A stretch of DNA of 60,884 nt, the filler included. It is 8 parts of 8 records of this genome, joined end to end, with 100 filler letters (N's around TTAATTAATTAA, not from the genome) between each part and the next. Parts side by side here need not be neighbours in the genome. Positions count along the whole stretch, not along the records: positions 35,079 to 42,076 come from DRR723986_34906; positions 42,177 to 50,223 come from DRR723986_34952; positions 50,324 to 60,884 come from DRR723986_34968; 5 more parts are not named here. One strand, 5' to 3'. Positions within the stretch are counted from its first letter, which is position 1, and every line of letters begins with the position of its first letter. Below, one piece after another: positions 41,266-51,254 of this stretch. A program made the position numbers and the translations under genes. The notes under the pieces were generated by a model, which searched no databases, was not told where the DNA came from, and saw nothing but the letters and a program-made list of their open reading frames with translations.

Positions 41266-41871
41266 CTAGGAGCGCGCTTTTCGTACCACCCTCCCTTTGG
41301 CCTGCAACATGACAAGCTTAGAGAAATCAGATTGTCTGGCCCTTGGTTTTTTTACTTGATTAGCATCAATATTGAGCGCCGCCCTGAGACTCCGAGGCCC
41401 AAGGACGTTCGGAACTCTCACTTTTGAATACTTGTTGAGACTCTGCGCAAGGCTCTTCAATTCGCGATAGATAAGCCTCCTTTCTTCAAGACTCCCGTGC
41501 GCGCAATCGAGCACATCCATAACGAGCGCCGCGACAGCTAATTCTGCGTGATGCTCGCTTGTCCCCTTGACCACTTCGACAGGAACCAACGTTTTTGGAT
41601 TTAGCATGGCCGAGGCAATGTGAAAAGACCGAAACTCCCCCACTATTTCGAAGTGTCGCTTCACGGAACGAACACGTATTGGGCGAGCGGCAAGGAGGCA
41701 GTCAAGCAGCGACATATCAACAAATGTTGACAATGACAACTTCGAGTTAAGGTTACGTGTGGCGCTCTCAATCAGAGACAGCGGCATACTCGGTAAACAG
41801 AGATCTGAAATCTCTACTTCTTCGCGCATTTTCGCCTCGGGATACCCAATATGGGAAACACTGAGGGTCAT
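41266..41871 (-). CDS. ParB/Srx-fold-like protein
   Basis: LLAARPIRVR..FEIVGEFRSFHIA..LVPVEVV parallels ParB LLQPI.VR..YEIIAGERR..A..VPV.V. The start is uncertain. Confidence 0.55.
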   Translation of the reverse strand: MTLSVSHIGYPEAKMREEVEISDLCLPSMPLSLIESATRNLNSKLSLSTFVDMSLLDCLLAARPIRVRSVKRHFEIVGEFRSFHIASAMLNPKTLVPVEVVKGTSEHHAELAVAALVMDVLDCAHGSLEERRLIYRELKSLAQSLNKYSKVRVPNVLGPRSLRAALNIDANQVKKPRARQSDFSKLVMLQAKGRVVRKARS

Positions 41872-42046
41872 CGTTTCTGATTTTAGGTATAAAATCAACT
41901 ATATTTTTTGTGACACTTAAGAGTGGCATTAATTTTCTTCATTTGCACTTATCTTGAGACAAGAATTTATATAACCTATTGTTTTTGATACATTAATGTA
42001 AATTTTGTATGTTTGGAGGGTTTTTAGGTAATCACGTAAAATCAGC

Positions 42047-42076
42047 CTCATAACCCGAAGGTCGTTGGTTCGAATC
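42047..42076 (+). tRNA. 3' half of tRNA-fMet(CAT) only, as an att-site fragment
   Basis: CTCATAACCCGAAGGTCGTTGGTTCGAATC matches initiator tRNA from the anticodon loop into the T arm. The upstream sequence is not tRNA-like. Confidence 0.85.
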
Positions 42077-42176
42077 NNNNNNNNNNNNNNNNNNNNNNNN
42101 NNNNNNNNNNNNNNNNNNNNTTAATTAATTAANNNNNNNNNNNNNNNNNNNNNNNNNNNNNNNNNNNNNNNNNNNN

Positions 42177-42645
42177 CACCAAGGCCCAGCGCAAGCTGTT
42201 CTTCAACCTGCGCGGGGCGAAGAAAAACCTCGGCTGGTTAAGTGCCGAAGAGGCGCGCTCGGTGGCTGACGACCTGGGTGTCGATGTTGCCGAAGTGCAG
42301 CGCATGGAGGGGCGGCTCAGCAGCCGCGATGTGGCCTTTGATGCGCCCACCGACAGCGATGATGACGATGCCTGGCAGTCGCCACAGTATTATCTCGAAG
42401 ACCATCGCAGTGACCCCGCGGAAGCGGTGGAATCCAGCGACTGGCAGCAGAACAGCGAGGACCAGCTGTATGCGGCCCTTGAGGACCTGGACGAACGCAG
42501 CCGGGACATCCTCGCCCGCCGCTGGCTGGCGGAAAATAAAGCGACCCTGCATGAACTGGCAGCTGAATACAGTGTTTCCGCCGAGCGGATTCGCCAGCTT
42601 GAGCAGAATGCGATGAAAAAACTGCGCGCGGCCATCGCCGCCTGA
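42177..42645 (+). CDS. rpoH: RNA polymerase sigma-32, 5'-truncated
   Basis: RpoH box TKAQRKLFFNLR at the contig start. Region 4 motif TLHELAAEYSVSAERIRQLE. Confidence 0.93.
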
Positions 42646-42696
42646 ACCTGACCCTGGAGCGGCCCGGCCGCTCCTGATCTGAGTTACACTGCGCCC

Positions 42697-43074
42697 ATGG
42701 CAAACCTGTTTATCAGCCTGGCTTCCGTCAGCGGCTTGCTCGCCGTGGCTTTTGGCGCGTTCGGCGCTCACGCCCTGCGCGGCCGGCTCGACGACTACGC
42801 CATGGGCGTGTTCGAAACCGCGGTCCAATACCACTTCTACCACAGCCTGGCATTGCTCGCGGTCGGTGTACTCGCCCTTAGCCAGCCTCAGACGGCGCTG
42901 CTCAAGAGCAGCGGCTGGCTGTTCCTGCTGGGTCTTCTGGTGTTTTCCGGCAGCCTCTACATCCTCAGTCTCACCGGCATAAAGTGGCTGGGTGCCATCA
43001 CCCCGCTGGGCGGTCTCGCCTTCATCGCCGGCTGGGGCTGTCTCGCGGCAGCCAGCTGGAAGCTGGTGCCCTGA
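42697..43074 (+). CDS. DUF423 membrane protein (YgdD-like)
   Basis: Motifs GAFGAHAL, YHFYH, FSGSLY, GAITPLGG. Confidence 0.88.
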   Translation: MANLFISLASVSGLLAVAFGAFGAHALRGRLDDYAMGVFETAVQYHFYHSLALLAVGVLALSQPQTALLKSSGWLFLLGLLVFSGSLYILSLTGIKWLGAITPLGGLAFIAGWGCLAAASWKLVP

Positions 43075-43092
43075 GCGGGCCGCACACTCTCC

Positions 43093-43782
43093 GTGACTGA
43101 TACTCCCAGGCATCGACCTATCCGCAGCTATGTGCTGCGAGCCGGGCGCATGACCGACGGCCAGCAACGGGCTTTCGATGAGGGCTGGAACCGGTTTGGC
43201 CTTAGCTATCGACCGGAGCAGCTGGATATCGATGCGGCCTTCGGCCGCCCCGGCCGGCGAGTTCTGGAGATCGGCTTCGGCATGGGCCAGTCCCTGGTCG
43301 CTATGGCGGCGGCTGCCCCGGAAACCAATTTTATCGGGGTTGAAGTGCATCGCCCCGGTGTGGGCAAGCTGTTGCTCGGTATGGAGGAGCAAGGGCTCAG
43401 CAATATCCGGGTGTATTGCCACGATGCGGTTGAGGTCCTCAAGCACTGCATCGCGCCCGGTGCCCTGGACACCATCCAGATCTTCTTCCCGGATCCCTGG
43501 CACAAGAAACGCCACCACAAGCGCCGCCTGATCCAGCCGGACTTCGTTGAACTTCTGCATTCCCGCTTGCAGGCGGGAGGCATTCTGCACCTGGCAACTG
43601 ACTGGGAGAACTACGCGGAGCAGATGCTGGAGGTCCTGGGAGCGAACCCCGGGTTCAGCAATGTCGCCGGCACCGGGCAGTACGCACCGCGGCCTGAAGA
43701 GCGTCCGTTGACCAAGTTCGAGCGCCGCGGCGAGCGCCTTGGCCACGGCGTCTGGGACCTGCTGTTCAGCCGCCAGCCCTGA
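43093..43782 (+). CDS. trmB: tRNA (guanine-N7)-methyltransferase
   Basis: Motifs [37 protein letters not shown]. Confidence 0.95.
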   Translation: MTDTPRHRPIRSYVLRAGRMTDGQQRAFDEGWNRFGLSYRPEQLDIDAAFGRPGRRVLEIGFGMGQSLVAMAAAAPETNFIGVEVHRPGVGKLLLGMEEQGLSNIRVYCHDAVEVLKHCIAPGALDTIQIFFPDPWHKKRHHKRRLIQPDFVELLHSRLQAGGILHLATDWENYAEQMLEVLGANPGFSNVAGTGQYAPRPEERPLTKFERRGERLGHGVWDLLFSRQP

Positions 43783-43785
43783 CCC

Positions 43786-44934
43786 TCAGTCGGGGAAAAA
43801 CTCGGCCACCACATCATCCAGGAAACGCCGCCCGAGGGGGCTGGTGGCAATGTGATCGCCTTCCTTGTGCAATAGTCCTCGCCCAGTCAGTGATTCGATG
43901 ACCGGCAGTACGCTGTCGATTGCCAGGCCGGTGCGCGCGGTGAACAGGGACAGGGGGAAGCCATCGCTCAGGCGCAGGGCATTGAGCATGAACTCCCCCG
44001 CCCGGTCCCCGGCATCCAGCTCGCGGCGCTCGGCAGCAAAGGTTTCAGGCGTACTGGCCAGGTACTCCCCAGGCTGGCGTCGCTTGGCCGTGCGCAGGAC
44101 CCGCCCGTCCTGAAAGCTCAACTTGCCGTGGGCTCCCGCGCCGATGCCCAGGTAGTCGCCGAAATGCCAATAGTTGAGGTTGTGCCGGCACTGGACACCG
44201 GGTCCCGCCCAGGCCGATACCTCGTAATTGCGATAGCCCGCCGCGAGCAGTATGGCTTCGCCCTGCTCCTGGATCGCGCCCAGTTCATCCTCCAGCGGCA
44301 GCTGCGGTGGGCGTTTGTGGAACACCGTGTTGGGTTCAATAGTCAGTTGGTACCAGGACAGGTGGGGTGCTTGTAAGTCCAGGGCCTGGCGCAGGTCATC
44401 GAGGCCGCCCTCGCGGTCCTGGCCGGGAAGACCGTGCATGAGGTCGAGGTTGAAGTTGTCAAAGCCGGCAGTGCGCGCCATGGCGACCGCTGCCAGCGCC
44501 TGCTGCCGGCTGTGCACCCGGCCCAGGCGCTGCAGAGCCTGGTCGTCGAAGCTCTGGATGCCCAGGGACAGCCGGTTGACCCCGGCCTGGCGGAAAGCGG
44601 CGAACTTGCCCGCCTCGGCGCTACCCGGGTTGGCCTCCATGGTGATTTCCGCGTCGGCGGCCAGCGCAACCCGTTCCCGGACGCCCTGCAGCAGCCGGGT
44701 GATCGCTTCGCCACTGAACAGGCTGGGCGTTCCGCCACCAATGAAAACGGTCTCCACCGATCGCCCCGGTACCTGCGCATAATCGTGCGCCAGGTCGCGC
44801 AGCAGGGCTGTTACATAGGCTGTCTCGGGGATGTCCCGCGCTTCATGGGAGTTGAAGTCGCAGTAGGGGCATTTGCGCTCGCACCAGGGCAGGTGAATAT
44901 ACAGCCCCAGCGGGGGCACCAGCGCCGCGCCCAT
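43786..44934 (-). CDS. hemW: Radical SAM heme chaperone HemW
   Basis: LYIHLPWCERKCPYCDFNS, GGGTPS, HNLNYW. ATG 44934 lies just after the rdgB stop. Confidence 0.92.
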   Translation of the reverse strand: MGAALVPPLGLYIHLPWCERKCPYCDFNSHEARDIPETAYVTALLRDLAHDYAQVPGRSVETVFIGGGTPSLFSGEAITRLLQGVRERVALAADAEITMEANPGSAEAGKFAAFRQAGVNRLSLGIQSFDDQALQRLGRVHSRQQALAAVAMARTAGFDNFNLDLMHGLPGQDREGGLDDLRQALDLQAPHLSWYQLTIEPNTVFHKRPPQLPLEDELGAIQEQGEAILLAAGYRNYEVSAWAGPGVQCRHNLNYWHFGDYLGIGAGAHGKLSFQDGRVLRTAKRRQPGEYLASTPETFAAERRELDAGDRAGEFMLNALRLSDGFPLSLFTARTGLAIDSVLPVIESLTGRGLLHKEGDHIATSPLGRRFLDDVVAEFFPD

Positions 44935-44936
44935 GG

Positions 44937-45524
44937 TCAGTGGCGCAGGGCCGCGACCAGCAGGGCGCTCGCCTTGGCGCGATGGCTCACCTGATTTTTT
45001 ACCGCTGAATCCAGCTCGGCGGCGCTGCAGTCGAATTCCGGCACGTAGAACAGGGGGTCGTAGCCAAAGCCACCTTCGCCTCTCGGGGTCTCCAGGATGC
45101 GGCCTTCCCAGCTGCCCTGGCAAATGATTGGCGTGGGGTCCAGCGGGTGGCGCAGGTAAACCAGCACGCACTGGTAGCGGGCGCCGCGCCGGTCATCAGG
45201 AACACCCGCCAGATCCTGCAGCAGGCGGGCATTGTTGCCCGCATCCCCCTCCCCGGAGTAGCGCGCAGAGTGTATCCCCGGTGCGCCCTGCAGGAAATCG
45301 ACTTCCAGCCCGGAATCATCGGCAATGGCGGGCAGGCCGGTATGCCCGGCGGCGGCTCGCGCCTTGAGCAGGGCGTTCTCGACGAAGGTCAGACCAGTTT
45401 CGGCAACCTCCGGCATATCGAATTCCGCCTGGGAGCGCAGGTTCAGGCCCAGGGGCACAAGGATGCGGTGCAGTTCTCGCAGCTTGCCCGCATTGCCACT
45501 GGCCAGAACCAGGTCAGAACCCAT
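44937..45524 (-). CDS. rdgB: dITP/XTP pyrophosphatase
   Basis: Motifs [31 protein letters not shown]. Confidence 0.94.
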   Translation of the reverse strand: MGSDLVLASGNAGKLRELHRILVPLGLNLRSQAEFDMPEVAETGLTFVENALLKARAAAGHTGLPAIADDSGLEVDFLQGAPGIHSARYSGEGDAGNNARLLQDLAGVPDDRRGARYQCVLVYLRHPLDPTPIICQGSWEGRILETPRGEGGFGYDPLFYVPEFDCSAAELDSAVKNQVSHRAKASALLVAALRH

Positions 45525-45534
45525 GTGCCGAACC

Positions 45535-45969
45535 TCAGTTGATGTAGAGCTGGTGCTTGAATTTGAAACTGTAGGACTGCTCCGCGCCTTCCGGCTGGAG
45601 CGTCAGTTCGAAGAAGCGCCACTCCTCGTTGATAAACTTGAACTCGGCGATGTAATAAATCGCCGGACCCTCGCGGACCTCCTGGAATTCCAGCTCCTGG
45701 CCCTGAATGAGGTCCCAGGTACGGCCGGTGAGGGTCATGCTGCGGGGCTCGGTGGTATCGCCCACGTGCTCGCGCACGGCCAGGTTGAGGATCGCCCGCT
45801 GTTTGCCCCGGGTTATGCCGTAGCGGCCTGCTATCTCGGGTTGCAGGAAGGTGGTGTTGACCACGCTGTAGTGCAGTTCATAAGGTCCGAGGCGCTCTGA
45901 CTGCTGGGCCTGGCTGGTGATTGCGGGCAGCATCAGGAGTGCGCAGGCGATGGCAAGAAACTGTTTCAT
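45535..45969 (-). CDS. DUF4426 periplasmic protein
   Basis: Signal peptide, [25 protein letters not shown]. Conserved position between metW and rdgB. Confidence 0.8.
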   Translation of the reverse strand: MKQFLAIACALLMLPAITSQAQQSERLGPYELHYSVVNTTFLQPEIAGRYGITRGKQRAILNLAVREHVGDTTEPRSMTLTGRTWDLIQGQELEFQEVREGPAIYYIAEFKFINEEWRFFELTLQPEGAEQSYSFKFKHQLYIN

Positions 45970-45973
45970 AAGC

Positions 45974-46564
45974 CTACCGGGTTATATGGTAAATGGCGGT
46001 GACGGCAAACAGGTTGGGCCGCACTCGCGCCAGCAGTGGCTCGCGCTGGGTATTGCCGACCATCTCCCGGGCCAGGATGCGGATCCCCTTCGCCGCACAC
46101 AGGGACTCGAAATCATTCACCGTACAGAAGTGGATGTTGGGCGTGTCGTACCAGCTATAGGGCATGAACTTGGATACCGGCATCCGGCCGCGAGTCGCCA
46201 GGTACAGGCGGCAGCGCCAGTGGCCGAAGTTGGGAAAGGTCACGATACCCTCGCGCCCGATGCGCAGCATCTCGTCGAGAATCCGGTCGGGATAGTGCAC
46301 CGCCTGCAGGGCGTGGGCCATGACCACGGTATCGAAACTCTGGTCGGGAAAGTTCCCCAGACCCTCGTCCATATTCTGCTCGACGATGTCCAGGCCGCGG
46401 CCGATGGCCTCGGTGATATTTCCCGGATCGATCTCCAGTCCGGTGCCCCGCACCTGGCGCTGGTCGCGCAGTAACTGCAGGAATTCCCCGTTGCCGCAGC
46501 CGAGGTCCAGCACCCGTGAGTCCGGGTTTATCCAGCGCTGGATGTGGGTCAGGTCCTGGCGCAT
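45974..46564 (-). CDS. metW: Methionine biosynthesis protein MetW
   Basis: VLDLGCGNG, FPNFGHW, WYDTPNIHFCT. TGATG overlap with metX. Confidence 0.93.
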   Translation of the reverse strand: MRQDLTHIQRWINPDSRVLDLGCGNGEFLQLLRDQRQVRGTGLEIDPGNITEAIGRGLDIVEQNMDEGLGNFPDQSFDTVVMAHALQAVHYPDRILDEMLRIGREGIVTFPNFGHWRCRLYLATRGRMPVSKFMPYSWYDTPNIHFCTVNDFESLCAAKGIRILAREMVGNTQREPLLARVRPNLFAVTAIYHITR

Positions 46565-47706
46565 CAGTTGCCCTCCGCCACGCGCGCCATATAGGCGCTG
46601 AACACGTCCAGGTAGCGGGGGATGGGCATCAGAAAGGCGTCGTGCCCTTCGTTTGCCTCGATATCCACGTAGGAGACGGGACGCCCGGCGGCAATGAGGG
46701 CGTCGACGATCTCCCGCGAGCGCTGCGAGGAGAATCGCCAGTCGGTGGAGAAGGACACTACCAGGAAGCTGCATTGGGCCCGGCCGAAGGCGGCTACCGG
46801 GTCATTGTCGTATTCCCTCGCCAGGTCGAAGTAATCCAGCGCCCGGGTCATCAGCATATAGGTGTTGGCGTCGAAGCTGCCGGAGAACTGGTTGCCCTGG
46901 TAGCGCAGGTAGCTCTCAACCTGGAACTCCACCTCTCCCTCACTGCCCTGGTCGAGGCTTCCCGAACGCAGGTCGCGGCCGAACTTGTTGGCCATGGCGT
47001 CATCCGAGAGGTAGGTGATGTGGCCGACCATCCGTGCCAGCGCCAGGCCCTTGCCCGGCAAGCTCCCCTGTTCCAGGTAGCGGCCCTCGGCGAACTCCGG
47101 GTCCGACTGGATGGCCTGGCGGGCAATTTCGTTGAAGGCGATGTTCTGTGCACTGAGCTTCAGTGCTGAGGCGATCACCACACAGTGGCGCACCCGCTCC
47201 GGGTACTCCAGCGCCCAGCGCATGGCCTGCATTCCACCCAGACTGCCTCCGACCACGGTAGCCCAGCAGTCGATTCCCAGCAGGTCCGCGAGCCTTGCCT
47301 GGCTGCTGACCCAGTCGCGAACCCGCAGTGAGGGAAAATCCGGGCCCCAGGGCCGGCCGGTTTCCGGGTTGATCGAGGCCGGGCCGGTGGAACCGTGGCA
47401 ACCGCCGATATTATTGAGGCTGACCACGTAAAACCGGTTGGTGTCGATTGGCTTGCCCGGGCCGATGCACTCTTCCCACCAGCCGGGCTTGCTGTCGCTT
47501 TCACTGTGATAGCCCGCCGCGTGGTGGTGACCGCTCAGTGCGTGGCACACCAGCACCGCATTGCTGCGCGCCGCATTGAGCTCGCCGTAGGTTTCATAGA
47601 CCAGCTCATAGGCCGGCAAGGTTCGGCCACAGGCCAGCGGCAGCGGCTCATCGAAGCGCGCGGTCTGTGGCGTGACGATGCCGACGGACTGTGAACCCGG
47701 GTTCAT
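46564..47706 (-). CDS. metX: Homoserine O-acyltransferase
   Basis: Motifs [32 protein letters not shown]. Confidence 0.93.
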   Translation of the reverse strand: MNPGSQSVGIVTPQTARFDEPLPLACGRTLPAYELVYETYGELNAARSNAVLVCHALSGHHHAAGYHSESDSKPGWWEECIGPGKPIDTNRFYVVSLNNIGGCHGSTGPASINPETGRPWGPDFPSLRVRDWVSSQARLADLLGIDCWATVVGGSLGGMQAMRWALEYPERVRHCVVIASALKLSAQNIAFNEIARQAIQSDPEFAEGRYLEQGSLPGKGLALARMVGHITYLSDDAMANKFGRDLRSGSLDQGSEGEVEFQVESYLRYQGNQFSGSFDANTYMLMTRALDYFDLAREYDNDPVAAFGRAQCSFLVVSFSTDWRFSSQRSREIVDALIAAGRPVSYVDIEANEGHDAFLMPIPRYLDVFSAYMARVAEGN

Positions 47707-47716
47707 GGCTTGAGGA

Positions 47717-48304
47717 TCAAAGCCCGATAACCAGGGCTGGGTGCAAGCCCACGCCGGCCGCCATGTGGCGCAGGGCAATCTGGATGACATTGATCAGGAT
47801 GAACACCAGGATAGGCGACAGGTCGAGCCCGCCCATGGCCGGCAGGGCCCGGCGGAACGGCGCCATCACGGGCTCGGTGATCTGGTAAAGCAGGTAGATG
47901 GCCGGGTGCCGGCTACCCGCCGCGACCCAGCTGAGCACGATCATCGCCAGGATGGCGAAGAAGTAGAAATTAACCAGCAGCCCGAGCAAACCCAGCACGG
48001 ACCAGCTCAATAGCAGGAAGACGTTGGGAAGGCCCAGCCCGTTGAGTAGCAGCATGGCAATAATACTCAGGGCCTGCAGTACCAGGGCCAGCAGCAGTGA
48101 GGCGAGATCGAGGCCACCAAAGCCGGGGATGACGCGGCGCAGCGGAATCACCACGGGGTTGGTGACCTTCACCAGGAACTGGCTGATCGGGTTGTAAAAG
48201 TCCGCCTTGACCACCTGCAGCAGGAAACGCAGCAGCATGGCCATCAGGTACAGGGTTAGCGCGGTCTGCACCAGGTAGCCGAGAATCTCGTTCAGGGCGT
48301 TCAT
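47717..48304 (-). CDS. yggT: YggT membrane protein
   Basis: Two YGGT repeats ([30 protein letters not shown]). Confidence 0.9.
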   Translation of the reverse strand: MNALNEILGYLVQTALTLYLMAMLLRFLLQVVKADFYNPISQFLVKVTNPVVIPLRRVIPGFGGLDLASLLLALVLQALSIIAMLLLNGLGLPNVFLLLSWSVLGLLGLLVNFYFFAILAMIVLSWVAAGSRHPAIYLLYQITEPVMAPFRRALPAMGGLDLSPILVFILINVIQIALRHMAAGVGLHPALVIGL

Positions 48305-48331
48305 TTAATTGCTCTCTCCATTAGCCACTGT

Positions 48332-49153
48332 TCAGCCCAGTTCCCGGGCCAGTTCCTCAGAGCGCAGATGGGCGGCCTGGATTGCTGCAGCCACCTTGCC
48401 GCGCAGGTCGTCCTGTTCAAAGCGCTGTACGGCGCGCTCGGTCGTACCACCGGGGCTGGTTACCCGGCGGCGCAACTCCGCCAGGTCAACATCGCCTTCC
48501 ATCGCCATCCGCGCGGCGCCCAGTGCGGTCTGCAGGGTCATGGCCGTGGCCGTGTCGCGATCCAGTCCGAGTGCGGTGCCGGCATCGGCCATGGCTTCCA
48601 TAAACAGGAAGAAGTAGGCCGGACCACTGCCGGACAGCGCGGTTACGGCGTCCAGGTCCTTCTCTTCCGGTACCCAGCACACGCTGCCCACGGCGCCCAG
48701 GATTGCCTCCGCGTAGCCGCGCTGTTGCGCCGAAGTCTGATCGTTGGCGTATAGCCCGCTGGCACCGCAACCCAGCAGGGCGGGCGTGTTCGGCATACAG
48801 CGCACGATGGCACAGGCCTCCCCCAGCCGCTGTTGCAGCGAGTGAATGGTAATGCCTGCGGCGATGGAAATAACAACGGGCCGGCTGGCCGCGATGACTG
48901 CGGCAATGCTGTCAGCGGCCTCCGCCATAACCTGGGGTTTAACCGCGAGCACGACGACATCAGCACCCGCCACCGCCTCGGCGTTATCCGCGCACAGCGT
49001 TACCGGGCCGACCTCGGCGAGCTTTTCCAGGCTGGGTGGATAGGGATCTGCCGCACGAATGCGGTCAGCCGGGTGGCCGCTGGCAAGCAGCCCGCCGATG
49101 ATGCTGGAGGCCATGTTGCCAGCACCGACAAAGGCGATTGTTGTTGTACTCAT
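48332..49153 (-). CDS. proC: Pyrroline-5-carboxylate reductase
   Basis: Motifs GAGNM, LAVKPQ, RCMPNTP, SGSGPAY, VTSPGGTT. Confidence 0.96.
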   Translation of the reverse strand: MSTTTIAFVGAGNMASSIIGGLLASGHPADRIRAADPYPPSLEKLAEVGPVTLCADNAEAVAGADVVVLAVKPQVMAEAADSIAAVIAASRPVVISIAAGITIHSLQQRLGEACAIVRCMPNTPALLGCGASGLYANDQTSAQQRGYAEAILGAVGSVCWVPEEKDLDAVTALSGSGPAYFFLFMEAMADAGTALGLDRDTATAMTLQTALGAARMAMEGDVDLAELRRRVTSPGGTTERAVQRFEQDDLRGKVAAAIQAAHLRSEELARELG

Positions 49154-49220
49154 GGCGTGCCGGTCTTCCGGTAGCTCGGGAACGGCCCGCCAGTATACAC
49201 GGGGCTTGGGGCCTTAAAAA

Positions 49221-49910
49221 TCAGGGCCGCGCGCCGAAGATATCGGTCCCGACGCGGACAATGGTCGCGCCCTCGGCAATCGCGGATTCGAGGTCCGCCG
49301 ACATACCCATCGACAGGGTATCGAGGTCGGGCAGCTGTGCCTGCAGGGCCGCCAGCAGCTGCCGCAGTTTGCTGAAGTTCGCGCGTTGTTGCACCGGGTC
49401 GGCAGTGGCCTCGGGTATCGCCATCAGGCCGCGCAGGCGGATCCCCGGCAAGCCGGAGACGGCGGCAGCCAGGTCGCTTAGCTGGGCCTCACTGACTCCG
49501 GACTTGGATTGCTCACCAGAAATGTTGACCTGCAGGCAGATATTCAGCGGCGGCAGTTGCGGTGGACGTTGCTCGCTCAGGCGTCGGGCGATTTTCTCCC
49601 GGTCCACGCTGTGTACCCATTGGAAATGCTCGGCGATGGCGCGGGTTTTGTTGGACTGGATGGGTCCGATGAAATGCCAGGTCAGGGCCAGGTCGTCCAG
49701 TTCCCCGACTTTTTCCAGCGCCTCCTGCAGGTAGTTTTCGCCGAAGTCGGTTAGCCCGCATTCCGCCGCCATCCGCAGGGTCGCTGCGGGGCGTGTTTTA
49801 CTGACCGCGAGCAGCAATATCTCGTTTTCCAGTCGTTGGCACTTTTCCGCACTTTCTCTTACCCGGAGACGAACTTTTGCTATATTGTCAGTAAGTTGCT
49901 GGTGATTCAT
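49221..49910 (-). CDS. yggS: PLP homeostasis protein YggS
   Basis: Motifs AVSK, FGENYLQE, WHFIGPIQSNK, LSMGMS, VRVGTDIFG. Confidence 0.94.
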   Translation of the reverse strand: MNHQQLTDNIAKVRLRVRESAEKCQRLENEILLLAVSKTRPAATLRMAAECGLTDFGENYLQEALEKVGELDDLALTWHFIGPIQSNKTRAIAEHFQWVHSVDREKIARRLSEQRPPQLPPLNICLQVNISGEQSKSGVSEAQLSDLAAAVSGLPGIRLRGLMAIPEATADPVQQRANFSKLRQLLAALQAQLPDLDTLSMGMSADLESAIAEGATIVRVGTDIFGARP

Positions 49911-50044
49911 GCCTCGCATGTTAGCGGATTTCGGTGACCGGCAGCGAGCAACATGAGACCAGAATAATAGATTCGGCAACGCGATCTGGCGTTGCCCGCC
50001 GGTGCGGGAGATGACTGCCGCGCCAGTCAGGGGGAGAGGAACAT

Positions 50045-50223
50045 ATGGATATCACGGAACTTCTCGCTTTCAGTGCCAAGCAGGGCGCGTCTGACCTGCA
50101 CCTGTCTGCGGGATTACCGCCCATGATTCGGGTCGACGGCGATGTGCGCCGGATCAACCTCCCGCCGATGGAACACAAGCAGGTTCATGATCTTATCTAC
50201 GACATCATGAACGACAAGCAGCG
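50045..50223 (+). CDS. pilT: Type IV pilus retraction ATPase, 3'-truncated
   Basis: MDITELLAFSAKQGASDLHLSAGLPPMIRVDGD, divergent from yggS. Confidence 0.93.
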
Positions 50224-50323
50224 NNNNNNNNNNNNNNNNNNNNNNNNNNNNNNNNNNNNNNNNNNNNTTAATTAATTAANNNNNNNNNNNNNNNNNNNNN
50301 NNNNNNNNNNNNNNNNNNNNNNN

Positions 50324-50351
50324 AAAAACCAGCTTAATTAAGCTGGTTTTT
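50324..50351. terminator. Perfect 28-bp palindrome, probable bidirectional intrinsic terminator overlapping the miaA stop
   Basis: AAAAACCAGCTTAATTAAGCTGGTTTTT followed by further Ts. Confidence 0.65.
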
Positions 50352-51254
50352 TTTAATCTCGTTTTCAATATACTCTATTATAGTTGTAATTTTTGTGTTA
50401 TAATCAAACCAAGTAATTGAGTTATCTTTTCTAAACCAGGTTAGTTGGCGTTTAGCAAAGCGCCGAGTATTCTTTTTTATTTCTGAAATAGCAAATTCTA
50501 GCGTGTCTTCACCAGATAAATATCTAAAAAGTTCTTTATAACCAACAGTATTAAGAGCGTTAAGATCTTTGTGTTTTATTAGGTGTTTAACTTCATCTAT
50601 TAATCCATTTTTAATCATCATATCGACACGTTTATTAATCCTGTCATATATAATAGAACGGTCTGCATTAAGTCCAATACTTATGGTTTTAAATCCTCGT
50701 GTTTTTTTTGGTTGTGTAAGAAATGATGAATATGGCTTACCAGTTCCAATACAAATTTCTAGTGCTCTAATAAGTCGTTGCGGATTATCTAATGCTATTG
50801 TTTTATAGGAATCTATATCTAAATCTTTCAATTTTTCTTTCAGCGTTTTTAATCCATTTGTCTCAAGCTGATTATTAAGTTGTTCTCTAATTTTTTTATC
50901 CACTTCCGGGAAATAATCTAATCCTTCAGTTACAGCTTTTACATAAAGACCAGATCCACCAACCATCACAACTACTGGATTGGATTTGTGGACTTCTGTT
51001 ATTTTTAAAATGGCATCACGCTCAAAATCTCCTACATTATAGTTTTCTGTTATTGATTTGTGCTGAATAAAATGATGTTTGGCAGCCTTTAATTCTTCAG
51101 TAGAGGGTACGGCTGTACCTATTTTCATTTCTTTATAGAATTGACGCGAATCTGCGGAAATAATTTCAGTATTAAAATGCTCGACTAATTTTATACTTAG
51201 TGCAGTTTTGCCAATAGCAGTTGGGCCAACTATTGAAATTAATGTGTTAGTCAT
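50334..51254 (-). CDS. miaA: tRNA dimethylallyltransferase
   Basis: Motifs GPTAIGKT, SADSRQ, GGSGLY, TVGYKE, AKRQLTWF. Confidence 0.96.
   Translation of the reverse strand: MTNTLISIVGPTAIGKTALSIKLVEHFNTEIISADSRQFYKEMKIGTAVPSTEELKAAKHHFIQHKSITENYNVGDFERDAILKITEVHKSNPVVVMVGGSGLYVKAVTEGLDYFPEVDKKIREQLNNQLETNGLKTLKEKLKDLDIDSYKTIALDNPQRLIRALEICIGTGKPYSSFLTQPKKTRGFKTISIGLNADRSIIYDRINKRVDMMIKNGLIDEVKHLIKHKDLNALNTVGYKELFRYLSGEDTLEFAISEIKKNTRRFAKRQLTWFRKDNSITWFDYNTKITTIIEYIENEIKKNQLN

Larger units (their letters stand above)
35079..42076. mobile_element. End of a tRNA-fMet-integrated element carrying a ParB-like + double tyrosine-recombinase module
   Basis: Recombinase genes adjacent to a tRNA 3' fragment and transcribed away from it. 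No housekeeping genes on the contig. The other end is not visible. Confidence 0.8.

Noticed and set aside
42047-42076. Intact tRNA-Met gene
   Set aside because: The acceptor 5' strand, D arm and 5' anticodon stem are absent. Only the 3' half is present.
42656-42674. Intrinsic terminator after rpoH (GGAGCGGCC-C-GGCCGCTCC)
   Set aside because: Strong palindrome but no U-tract, so the function cannot be assigned.
42238-43746. 502-aa minus-strand ORF
   Set aside because: Antisense shadow of rpoH, DUF423 and trmB in GC-rich DNA.
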